DNA from: Intoshia linei
Taxonomy: Eukaryota; Animalia; Orthonectida
DNA: 41,536 bases
Direction: 5' to 3'
Assembly: GCA_001642005.1 (NCBI GenBank)
Contig: LWCA01000194.1
Location: 1 to 41,536, forward strand
Position numbers and translations under genes: made by a program. The notes under the pieces were generated by a model. It did no database searches, was not told where the DNA came from, and saw only the letters and a program-made list of their open reading frames with translations. The first letter of the stretch is position 1; each line of letters starts with the position of its first letter. Positions 25,287 through 36,618 of this stretch are shown piece after piece.

Positions 25287-25447
25287 CTTTGATTGTTTAA
25301 AAATTGTAAAATTCTGTTTTATAAAATTTACTACTATACCCTGTATTGATTTATTTCTATATTATTTCGTATTATATTTTTCGTTAAAAAAATAAACATA
25401 CGTTAAAGTTGTAAATAAATGTCCATAGAAACTATCTGTTTATAAAA

Positions 25448-26257
25448 ATGATCAAACCAACTGGGAGTGAATATTTAATTGATGCATTACCGTATTTTGA
25501 TAAAGGTTACGATGAACCAGGTGTCAGAGAATCGGTACTATTTTATTTGGCACATCTTAATTTATCCAAAATAGTGTTTAGCTTTGATAAATGAACAATT
25601 ATCTCGGTTTAAGCCTGCGTCTTATTTAGAACCATTAAAAGAATATAAATTTGAGGTTTGTGATTTATGACATTATAAATTTCGTAGACTGAGCTAATGA
25701 CCACTGAATTTGAAAGAATAGAATCTCGTATGCCTATGGAAATATTGAGTACCAAGAGGTATTTGTTAACGTGTTTAAAATAAAATTTTTTAGATACCAA
25801 TTACCTTCACCACTACCAGGAAAACAAAATGATATGCTTAGTTGGATAGAATGTTTAGAAAACTCACGAGCTCAATTACAACATCAATATCTACGGTTTG
25901 ACATACAATTTTTTTTTAATTACCTTAAGACTAATGAATCTTGAAAATATAAACAAATACGGTTCCGAGGTATGGAAAAAATTTCTAGCAACATTGGAAT
26001 CGGATGTAAAATTATTAAATGAACGATTAAGAAATGTTCGAAAAATGACCCAAGAAATTAATTGGGATAGAAAAAACAATCAATCAGATATTGGTGACAG
26101 ACTCATGGCATTGGAAGAAAAGTGGGTATCTTTAGTCACACACAATTATGAAATTGAACGATCCATTGTCCAATTACAAACTAGTGTCGTTGAAGTAGAA
26201 AAAACCTTTAAAGAACTACAATCCGAATTTGAGAATGTTTCAGTTATGTCAACTTAA
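25448..26257 (+). CDS. BCAS2: Pre-mRNA splicing factor SPF27/BCAS2, 5 exons
   Basis: IDALPYFDKGYDEPGVRES, EFERIESRMPMEILSTKRYQLPSP, ENSRAQLQHQYLRLMNLE..KYGSEVWK, EINWDRKNNQ, LEEKWVSLVTHNYEIE. Confidence 0.95.
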
Positions 26258-27849
26258 ATATAAATTCTATTAAAGTTTAGTTTAGTTTGTAAAAAATTTT
26301 AAAATGATAATTTTTATGTGGTTTCTTTTATGTATTGGTAAAATCAACCCCTTAAAATTGAAAATTGATATTTCTGTAACTCCAATAGATGTGATTCATT
26401 TCAAAATTTTCTACAATTTTAAAAATGTATATATCATTTCTTCAATGTTAGAAAAACGTATAATGATATTGAAACTTAAAAATAAACTCTATGTAATGTC
26501 GGATTTTATGTATACTGGTGTATTTAGATATATGTGTAATCGTAATCTGTGCATATGGAGAATACTTGATAAAACTAATATTTTGGTAAATTACATAAAT
26601 GGATCACTTTACGGCATAAAAACGAACTATGAAATAGGAAATTTTATAAACATTGATATCTATATAATAGACTTAAATCTATGGCACTAATACAATTTTA
26701 TCAATATTTATACATCTTAAATTACAACACAATAGATAGATACAGACTTTATAAACATGTACCGATATTTTATGCGTACTCTTATGTTACAACCGAAATT
26801 TATCTTATTACGAAATACGAGATTATTTTAATTAACCTTAAAACAACTAAATATGAACGCCTTTTTTATCTAAATTATAATCCTATGGTTTTATTTTTTG
26901 ATCAAAATCATATAATTGGAAACATATTCTATTCAACGGATGGCTCATATTATGTTCAAAATCGTAGATTGAGTTTTATTCCAATTCAATTTTTATTTGA
27001 ACCTTTTCAATACAGAGAAATAATACAAATTTATAGTATTTATGGACGCACAATTATTGTTAATTTTGGTATGTATAATCAGTAATACAGTGCTTTCTAA
27101 CTAGTGTTTGATTACCTTTTAAAATGTATATTACAATAAAAATGGGCAAATTTCTCATTAATTTTATAATATAATTAATAAAAAAAGTTTATTTGTAACC
27201 CATATCTCAAAATTCTTCACATTATAATTTGACGAACCCCTATTTACCTTCTAACCAAAATTAGTGAATTAAGTTTTATAAAATTCATAAATGTTTCGGG
27301 TACTATATAAACATTAATAAATTTTGTTTGATGTAATCATTTTTCTAATTCAAGTTTGTGTCGCCATATGAAACTGGTTGGAAAGCAATCATATACGAAT
27401 ATAATTTAGTACATTTTATATTATCGGTTTAACATTTTTTCGTTTTATTTTTATTTTTTGAAAAAAAAATTTGTTTGTTTTTTTATTTATACTATATATT
27501 AATCAATTAAAATTTACATAACCATTTCAAATCATTATTAATCATCAAATTTTATACTAGATGCTTTAGTTTAGAGCCATAAATAAACTACCCCTTTAGG
27601 AAAAATTTCACTTTTACGTATTATAATTATTAAAACTTGACAAATTACTATTTTTTAAAGTGGAATATTTTTGATCTTTTATGAAATAGTTTATGCAATT
27701 GTATAAATCTAATGCAAAAAACTTGTCTTAAAAATTATAATTTTGTAAACTAAATGAAATTACATGTTTGCATAAAGAAATCTAATTAAATACTCAAAAT
27801 GAAAAGAGCGCGTGTTTTATAATCGCATGTAGTAGATGGTAAAAGTGAC

Positions 27850-27960
27850 ATTTTCTTTTAAGGGTTGGTAAAACTGGATTTTCCTTTGTAGGGTTGTTAA
27901 AACTAGAATTTTCCCTAAAAGGTTGGCAAATTTTGATTTTTACTAAAAATGGTTGGGTTT
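27850..27960. repeat. Degenerate ~29-bp tandem repeat (about 4 units)
   Basis: Units like TTTTCCTTTNTAGGGTTGGTAAAACTGGA. Related reverse-complement arrays lie near 14100-14260, 33060-33190 and 36240-36360; probably transposon subterminal repeats. Confidence 0.6.
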
Positions 27961-28009
27961 TTGAAATTTTAGTAAAAATTTTTTAATGATTATGATAATT
28001 AATGTGAAA

Positions 28010-28610
28010 CCGATATTATAAAATTTGTTTGCGATTTTTGTTTGTGTGTGTGTGTTCAGTTTTATTTAAATAACTACCCGTCTTAGAATTTTATAAAGTC
28101 CACATTTCAATTACAGTTTTTTCCGGAAGTATTCGCAAAATATATTTCAACCTCCCACACTCAGTTCTTACGGGTCAAAAACACCAATTGTCCTTTTTTT
28201 TGAAACTCATAAAAGTTGGAGAATTAAAACAATATATACGCTTATACGGATTTTAAAATCATAAACATTATCATAAATTTAAATTTAAAAAATTTATATT
28301 TTTAGGGCCAAAACCACAAATTACCCTTCTTTTTTTAATGAAAACAGCCCTAGAATTTTAAAAAATTTACAGGTGGTACAGTTGTATCTTGTTACAACAC
28401 ATAAAAAATTCAATTTGGTTAAGTGACGACTTCACGATCAAAAAAGCATTTTAGTATTCATATATTTTTTTTTTGAAATATTTTATTAAAACAATTAATG
28501 TGAAATAATTAACCGTCCAAAAATTAAAAAAAAAGATTATTCTGATACAGCCTATTCCAGTTGATATAAATACGAAAGTTCAACACGAGAAATCTGGGCA
28601 TTCCAGATAA
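28010..28610 (+). repeat. Family H Helitron-like repeat
   Basis: Closely colinear with 40510-40980 (GTGTGTGTGT..TAACTAC..GTCTTAGAATTTTATAAA..CCACATTTCAATTACAGTTTTTTC..TTCAACCTCCCA..TCTTACGGGTCAAAAA). Confidence 0.8.
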
Positions 28611-28994
28611 AAAATAATTTTTAATATATTATCAACCAATATTTTTAAAATATTTCGATTAAAATAAAAATTGAAAATGTAAATATTGATCTCATAATTT
28701 CAAAAAAATGTGCATTGTACGTCTACACATTTCAAATAAAGAAATATGGATGAAAATCTATATAATTCATTCCTTCAAAATTTTTTTCATTGCTACACAA
28801 TTTTTAAATTTCAAATTCTCATTTTAAAACATTTTGAATAAAATTTAAATAAAAACAACAAAAAAACTAAAACAACTTTGTTAATATCATTTTTATATTT
28901 ACTACAATCTTTTTTAATATTGGTAAAATTTGACTGAAATTTTTATAAAGTGAAGATACGCTTAATTATTGATACATAATTGGTACTGAATATA

Positions 28995-29483
28995 CACACT
29001 GTCAATTTATTAGGCAAATCTAAAAAATTCGTTCCAAAGAGTGGACTAAATTCTTAAATTTTTTTGGGGAGTGTGCACAATAGTTTACAACAATATTTAA
29101 ATTAATTAATTTATTTCGATTTTACGGTTATTTTGGATAGATCATTAATCCATTTCTTTATAATGCGATGATCGCGCTTTAAACACTTGGAAATTTGAAG
29201 AGTTGTCTTCTCTCTTGCTAATAAAGCTGTTATTTGGCTTTTTTCGTCTATTTTTTAAATCGTTTTTTTGTCATATTATAAATTTGCCTAATAATTTGAC
29301 ACACTAAATTGTGCAAGAAAACGATAAGTAGATAAAAAGTTTTTTCCATATTAACTATTTATTTTTTAATGAATAATATAGCATCTGTTACAAGTCATCG
29401 AATTACAAAAAAAAATATTTTGTCTAGATCTTGAGTGTATTACATAGTTTTATATGATTTACCTAAAAATTTGACACAGTGTG
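28995..29483 (-). mobile_element. Internally deleted Tc1-like element with N-terminal transposase fragment
   Basis: TIRs TA|CACACTGTCAATTTATTAGGCAAAT and ATTTACCTAAAAATTTGACACAGTGTG|TA; inner repeat at ~29281-29302. Minus strand reads DEKSQITALLAREKTTLQISKCLKRDHRIIKKWIND, a Tc1-type HTH (KRDHRxIK). Confidence 0.8.
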
Positions 29484-29842
29484 TATAGCATCACATTGAA
29501 AATGACAAAATAGGTTTATATTATTTTATTTTTTATGGAATTTATGCTATTTATGACAATTTTTAGGATTGGACTGTTTTTATTTTACTTTTAATATTAT
29601 ACACACATTCTGTCTAATAAATTAAAAAAATAGGATAACAATTGTTTTTAAAGTTCTTTACGCAAATGTTAAAAAAAATGAAGATGGAATAATTCAGTTT
29701 AAAGTAAAAATTAATGTGTTATGATGGTTCTACTTGAAAAAAATTTGGGAACCACTTCTTTAAAGGATTGCTAATAGTGAATAGTAGGATTTTTAAGTTA
29801 GATTTTCAACGTGAATTTATGATTTAAGTATAATAAAAATGT

Positions 29843-29896
29843 GCCTTCGGCAGAGCTAGGTCATGTTTGTACGTAGTACATAACAGTCAATTTAGT
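29843..29896 (+). mobile_element. Helitron-like 3' terminus (degenerate copy)
   Basis: CCTTCGGCAGAGCTAGG..TGTTTGTACGTAGTACATAACAG..TTAGT, matching 38969-39024. Confidence 0.7.
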
Positions 29897-31552
29897 TCTG
29901 ATATAATAATAATAATAAAATAAATAATAATATAATAATCTAATAGATACTCAAATATTTTATGGGGTTAGATAATTTTTATTTTTTTAAATGGCCCAAA
30001 TGGGTCTCGGTAGAGTAGGTTCGGCTTCGCATTCGCTTTTAGGTATTTCTAGTTTACATAATTATACACGACAACATTTAATTTGATCTAATTTATTTCG
30101 TTTAGAATTGTAATTACTCGAATATGCTACAAAAATATTTAAGAGAAAATGTAAGTATGGTATTAAAAGTATACATAAGTGACAATCAAAGAATAAAATA
30201 CAAAGTATCAAACATAAAGCAAATCACTACTCTAGACAAAGAAAATTGGATTATTTTTAATTTTGTCAAAAATGAACATTTTTCAATTATTATTCTTTCT
30301 ATTAATTGTGTAATGTATCAATCATTCAATTTGGGTGACTCTTGGATTCCTTCAAGTCAGATTTTGGATATTTGCTTTTATTCATTTTACGATTATTTTA
30401 TAAAAATGAATTTGTTAATTATTGAAAAATTTGGAAATAATAATCGAAAATCTATATATAGAACATATCTAGTATCCATAAATTGTGGGAAATTGTGGAC
30501 TGCTCCTTTTAATAAAAAAATGAAATTAATATCTCATGACATTGAAAATACTCGTTATAAAATGTTTTTTGCATTCAATGATAACACCATGTTCATGTTA
30601 GCAAATGGAGCTAGATCATGGGTTAATATAGAAAACAAAAAATTGAATATGCTGAAAGTAAATATTGAAATTTTTAAAATACACATACGTCCGCAACGAA
30701 AATGCATTATAATATCGCTGTTAAACAATACCAACTTGGATAGAATTGAAATTAATATAAGTTAAAAATTAAGAAATGCAAAATTTACAAGCGTAATTAT
30801 ATTACACGGCCAGACATTGGTCTATTGTATTTGAATAAAAACATTACCCAAAAAAAAAGAATTTGTTTTATGAAGAGTACTAATTTGGAACCTCAGCGAA
30901 AGAATCAATATCAATGTTTATCTAACGATTATACGTGTAGATTCGATTATAACCGTAACCCAGGTTCAAATTTATGCTAAAAGAATGATAATGATGTCAA
31001 ATATATGTGCATTGATAACAAATTAAGGGAAATTCACACAAATGGATATCTAAATATTTACAATAAAACATTTAGTATCAGATTTTGTATGTTCAATAAT
31101 AGTGGAGATGTATATGGTGCCAAAAATAATTATTGTACTCATAAGCTTCATCACAATCTACGTAAAATGAAAAAACAAAAGAAACTTATTAAAAATGTAG
31201 CCCACTTCATTGTAATTTTATTTTTTGCTCTATTGATAATTGGATCCTTTTGGATATTATACCGTTTATTTAAAAAAAACAATATGAATCTACAGAAATG
31301 TATTTTCAATAATTAAATTGTGTATCTTGGTTTATTCTTATAAATATAAAAATTTGCGTATATTTTACCTTGTAATTTCACACCTTTAGAGCAATTGTTA
31401 AGATTGTTGTTTTTATTTATTTTAATTGTCGATATATCTATAATTATTTCATTATCAAATTGTTTCAGTTACTGTGCCCCAAGGTTATTACATTTTATTT
31501 AAGCTTTCTGTTAATACAGTCGAATTTAAAATCATTTTTAAATATATTTTAA

Positions 31553-34500
31553 ATGGAAAAAAAATCTTTTTCTCAGAAAATTATAGGTTTATTTTTTGTA
31601 GAATTAGTAAACTAATTCACCTTTAGGGTTTTTGTGGCAAACTACGCTAACTGATGATATTCAAAAAAATACTGATATTTACTTGAAAACTACCATTCGA
31701 GAAATAATAACATATGCAATATTTGTATTTGTCATCACATTCAGTAAGTTTATATCTTCTCATTTTATTTGGATTAGTATGCATTGGTATGATTGGAACC
31801 AACATGTACTATTACTCATTTCTGATGCGCAACTTGTTTGTTTACGACACAAATGCAGCTTTGAAATTAGTCAACATTAATACAAATGAAAAGTTTTGGA
31901 ATGTAATTTTACGACATTCATTCTCTAGAACAGAGGTCGGAAACCTTTTCATCTCGTGGGCTACTTTTTTATATCAAAAAATTATATTGGCCCCGTTTTT
32001 GAAAATTTACACATGATAAATTTCAATTTTAACTGTAGAGAATTGTTTCTGTATATTCAACAAAATAAAATCCGGGACGATCTGAAAATTCTGTAGTAAG
32101 ATGATAATGTGACAATTATAGTAGAAAATGTTTAAAACGGTATTTTAAAGTTGACAAATTTAAAAATAAATAATTCACACATTTACTCAAACGGCCAGAA
32201 AAATTATTTTGTGGTCCACTTTTGGCCCACTGGTGCCGACTCCTGCTCTAGATCGATATTCATTTTTGCAATACATCTTAGAACGTCATAATCATTGATT
32301 TTGTAAAGATTTTGGCCAAAAATTTGGTAGTTTTTTTTTCACACAATTTTGAAGATAATTTTGGTCCCAAGATTTGGGAGTTTTTAAGTAAACATTTTTT
32401 TTAATATTTTCAAGATAGTGTTGAATCTAAAATTTTTAGTACTTATTCTGATATTACCCACTATATTGTTTAACTGCATTTTGGATGGTCAGGTTTTTAG
32501 AATAAGTCATATAAATTTTTTTAAAAAACTAATTTTACAAAATAGTAAAATCAAAGGGAAATTGTGTTTTTGACCCTAAAGGACTCAATGGGAAAAATTA
32601 TATTTCATACGTTACTGTGCATGCGACGCAAAAAAATAAAAAAATTCCTATTTTTTTAGAACAAATTTCGAAATTACCTATGAAAAATATCAAATTACTC
32701 ATTCGTTGGTAAATACCCACAGGTTGAAAATCTTGTTAATTTGATAATTTTGTAAGGAATTATCAAGTCGAGATTTAGTAATTGAACCAGTAAATGTTTG
32801 TTATATCATAAAATAATACGTTTTCAAGCTTAATTTTTTTGGTGAAATGTAAAAGATATAATTTTTCATTGACAACATTTTTCATCAAAAACATCATTTT
32901 TGTTAAAAAGTCAAATAGAACATTATACACTAACACTGCGATTTATTACAAAGTTGCCAGATGTTGTGAATTTATGATAAATACTAGACGACCGCTACAT
33001 TAATATTTCAAAAATCCCACCATTAATAAAATTTAATAAAAAATACAATTTAAAATCTTCAGGAAAAAATCGATTTTTACTGATTCTTTTTTGAAAAATC
33101 CAATTTTAGCAACCTAATTTAAAGAAAAAATCTTCTTTTTTCAATATTTTTTTGAAAAACACGATTTTACCAAATCTTATGAGAAAGAACCTTTAATTTT
33201 TTCATAAATGTTATATATTTCATTTTTCCTTTGTGTCCAAAAAAATAAATATTTTGGTACCGAGTCCTTAGTATACTATTTGAATCGGGAACCACTGATT
33301 GACACTATTTATATTAGCGCGAACACCAAAGGGTTAAGGGATTTTTTCGTCCCATTTTTTAATATTTTAATGATAATTTTTCGACCAAAATTTAATAGGC
33401 TTTTTAAGGGAACTTTTTTTCACCTTCTTTTTAAAAATTTAAAAATGTTAAAAACATTTTCTTAAAAACCCTATTAAAATTTAGTCGAAAAATTATAATG
33501 AAAGTATTAAAAAAAGTTCCCTTATAAACGCTACTAAACCTTCGGATCTAAATTATTTTTAAAAAATTGAGTCTACAAATTTTTCGTTAAATAAACTGTT
33601 TCCGTATTCCACAAAAATTTGGTCAAAAAATCAATGATATGATTAATTAGCAAAATATTTGATGTATCTAACAATACATGTCTCAACTGAATGTTCCCAA
33701 TTTAATGTGTTTAGTAAGCTATTATTAGAGTGAGTACCTAAAAATAATATCTTTTATAAAATAATGAGAAAAATCGAAATTTCCAAACCCTTTTGGCTAA
33801 AATTCCCATTTGAAAATAATTAAGTAATATGGATTTTTGTTATTATTACTTCATTTTTTTCTTAGTACATGACAAACAAGTTTGTGGAAAATGCATATTG
33901 GGAGACGTGGTATAATGGGCAAAAAGTAAAACCATCAGAGGGTTACATTATACACCAAAATAAATTACTGGGACTGATCAGAATGCGACAATTGAGAGTG
34001 AGAAATAATTCGTGTACGGTGTCTTCTTATTTCAGAGACAGTATACCTTTCTGCTACGATACTTATTCTAAAGAAGTTGAAGACAAAGCACCGTTTGGTC
34101 CAGCAAATTCCACTGCGTAATTTTAATTTTAAGAGGCACTACCATTTCAATTTTTTAGTTGGATATATCATGAAGAAAGTGAGCTCACGGCTAACTCATT
34201 CAGTGGATACGTAAATACTTATGGAGGTAGTAACACAATTTTTACTTTTGATAGAATTTAGGTGGAGGTTACTATCAGTTATTACCAACAAAAAAAAATG
34301 AAACGTTGGCCGTTCTTGCTAAATTAATGAAAAATATGTGGATAGATAGAGGAACTCGATTGATTTTATTAGAATTCACAGCATATAATGCCAATATAAA
34401 CATGTTTTCCATTGTGAGGTAAAATTATTTTAAATTCAATGTTATCTGGTATAATTAGAATAGGGTTTGAATTCCCGTCAACAGGTTCGATAATTACGAC

Positions 34501-35966
34501 TCCAGATATTGCAACAGTAAAATTTATTCGATACGCCTCAACGTTCGACTATGTGGTAATGGGGTTTGAAGTCTTATTTGTCTGTTTCATTATTTATTAT
34601 ATAATTGAAGAAATAATGGAGGTTACCTTTTATAATATTTTGGTGAACATATTTTAGATAAACAATTTGCGCAAAGCGTATTTTAAAAAATTTTGGAATT
34701 TTATAGATGTTTGTATTATAATTTTGTCGCTATTGTGCATTGCATTTAATATATATCGCAGCTTTGTTGTTTCAAATGATTTAAATATTGCAATTGCTGA
34801 TACAAGAAATTTTAATGATCTGTCTTGGTTATCGTATTGGCAAACTCTTTTTGATAAAATGATAGCCATTACAGCCTTTGTTTCGTGGATTAAGGTTACA
34901 TATAAGAACATTAATATATTTGTAGATTTTTAAATATGTCGGTTTTAATCGAACTCTTTCATATTTATCAAAGACTATATCAAATTCATCTACAGATTTA
35001 GTTGGGTTTGCAATCATGTTTTTTATCGTATTTTTGGCATTTGCACAATTGGGTAGTTTTATCAGTACATTATTTATGTTATTTTAGGTTATTTGTTATT
35101 TGGTTCCGAAATTAAAGATTTTAGGAATTATGAAAGTTGCATGTATTATCATTATTTTATATTTAAACAATGTATTTAGATATACTCTTTTTCGAATTAT
35201 TCTGGGTGATTTCAACTTTCAACAGTTGCAACAGGCAGATGAATATTTGGGCCCAGCGTACTTTATATTATACATATTTTTCGTCTTTTTTGTATTGATA
35301 AACATGTTTCTGGCAATAATTAACGATTCATACACTGATGTAAAAGGAAATATCGATTCGAAAGATATGTACATTAGTTCATTCATAACAGATAGATTAA
35401 AACAAATTTCACAAAAACATAAAAAATTAACTGCCAGTGAAATAAAAGATTTCATAAACAATAAAAATAAGATTAATTTAATCAAATGGAATCAATCTCT
35501 TAAAAGGTATTAACAGGTTTCCGAATCTATAATTGGGTATATTTTAGTCGTGGGTTTAATGAAGATGAAGTAATGAATATAATCTCAGATTATAGCATGT
35601 CCTACAAAAATATCGATATGACTTTTGATGAAAAAAAGGAAATTATGGTAAGTTTGGAAAGAAAACACATTAAACATAAAGATAGCGACTCGTCAATAAC
35701 ATTAAAAGAAGACAGCAAAAAAATTGCAAATGAAATGCAAAAATTAAAGGATCGTATCGAAGTTTTAGAAGGAACCAATATTTGTATTGAAAAAATGTCC
35801 AAGTATATGCAATATATTTTTGAAAAGTTTTCAAAATTGGAAAAATTTAAAATGATCAACAGAAATAAAACTAACATTGTTCTAGATAGAATGATCAGCG
35901 TAAATTTATTTTTATATTTTTTTATATTATTTAAATTAGAAATACAAAGATTTAGATGATAGCTAA
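31553..35966 (+). CDS. PKD2: Polycystin-2 family (TRPP; PKD2/PKD2L) cation channel, multi-exon
   Basis: [122 protein letters not shown], pore [36 protein letters not shown]-terminal coiled coil. ~2 kb TE-filled intron from ~31903 to 33865. Confidence 0.95.
31931..32245. mobile_element. hAT (Charlie/Buster-type) MITE, family A, in PKD2 intron
   Basis: TIRs CAGAGGTCGGAAA / TGCCGACTCCTG; TSD CTCTAGAA/CTCTAGAT; homologous to 3599-3907. Confidence 0.9.
32450..32735. mobile_element. hAT MITE family B, shorter copy, in PKD2 intron
   Basis: Matches both ends of 22687-23275 (TATTACCCAC, TTGGATGGTYAGGTTTTTAGAATAAG, GTTACTGTGCATGCGACGC, GGTAAATACCCACA). Confidence 0.75.
33355..33514. repeat. ~54-bp inverted repeat (foldback) in PKD2 intron
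   Basis: 33355-33408 is the near reverse complement of 33461-33514. Confidence 0.75.
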
Positions 35967-36618
35967 ATTTAATAATTTTGCACAATTTTATATTATTTCA
36001 TGTTCTATGTAATTTTCACATAAATCGTTAGTGTTTTATCACAAATTATTATAAAATATGAAAAATAGTAATGTATTTCATATACTAAATTTAGTCTAAA
36101 TCAGTGCTTCTCAAATGGGTCCACGCTATATAACAGGGGGCTAATGCTAATAGTTTATGGCTAAAGTAATGTATTATTTCAGGAATTTATTTAATAATAT
36201 TAACGAGAAAACACCACTAAATCCAACTTCAAAACAGAAAATCCCAATTTACTAACCCTTAAGGGAAATATACACTTCATAATATTTTTTGAAAAATTCG
36301 TTTTTACCAAACCTGACAAGAAAAACCTCTTAATCTAACCTTAAGGGAAAAATCATTTTTTGCAACATTTTTTTAAAAAATACAATTTACAAATATTACA
36401 ATTACAATACAAAATGAGTTATTAGTAGGGGAATTTTTTAAATAACCTATAAAATAAAAAAATTATGTAACCTTATTAATCTATAAAAATTTTCTAATTA
36501 CAAAATATAAACTTCAAATTGGCAAATGTAAATTTCTATTTTGCAATATATTTTTTTGAAATTGAAGTAGTAACAAAGTAACAAATTTAAACATAAGGAA
36601 GTCGAAAAAATTATGCAA

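Larger units (their letters stand above)
26304..31316 (+). pseudogene. Highly divergent VPS10/sortilin-like type I membrane receptor, disrupted by frame changes and an in-frame stop
   Basis: N-terminal hydrophobic signal-like MIIFMWFLLCIG. Asp-box-like YQSFNLGDSW and LVSINCGKLW. 10CC-like segment CLSNDYTCRFDYNRNPGSNLC*..MC..HTNGYLNI..C. TM FIVILFFALLIIGSFWILY followed by RLFKK. Frame change near 30756, TAA at 30978-30980, and another frame change near 26680. Joining the 26304-27085 part to the 30106-31316 part across a ~3 kb TE-filled intron is inferred. Confidence 0.6.

Noticed and set aside
30978-30980. Stop-codon reassignment (TAA as sense) to rescue the VPS10-like gene
   Set aside because: Rpn10, POU, BCAS2 and PKD2 terminate at TAA and contain no in-frame stops after splicing; the frameshifts would also remain.
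27850-32440. Short tandem arrays (27850-27960 and 32300-32440) as CRISPR-like arrays
   Set aside because: Degenerate head-to-tail units without unique spacers, no cas genes, eukaryotic context.
8159-33465. ORFs 8159-8551, 12089-12283, 15350-15532, 18651-18938, 20323-20508, 23165-23428, 33208-33465
   Set aside because: They overlap MITEs, repeats, introns or intergenic DNA, have F/I/L/K/N-biased composition and show no recognisable domains; expected by chance in AT-rich DNA.
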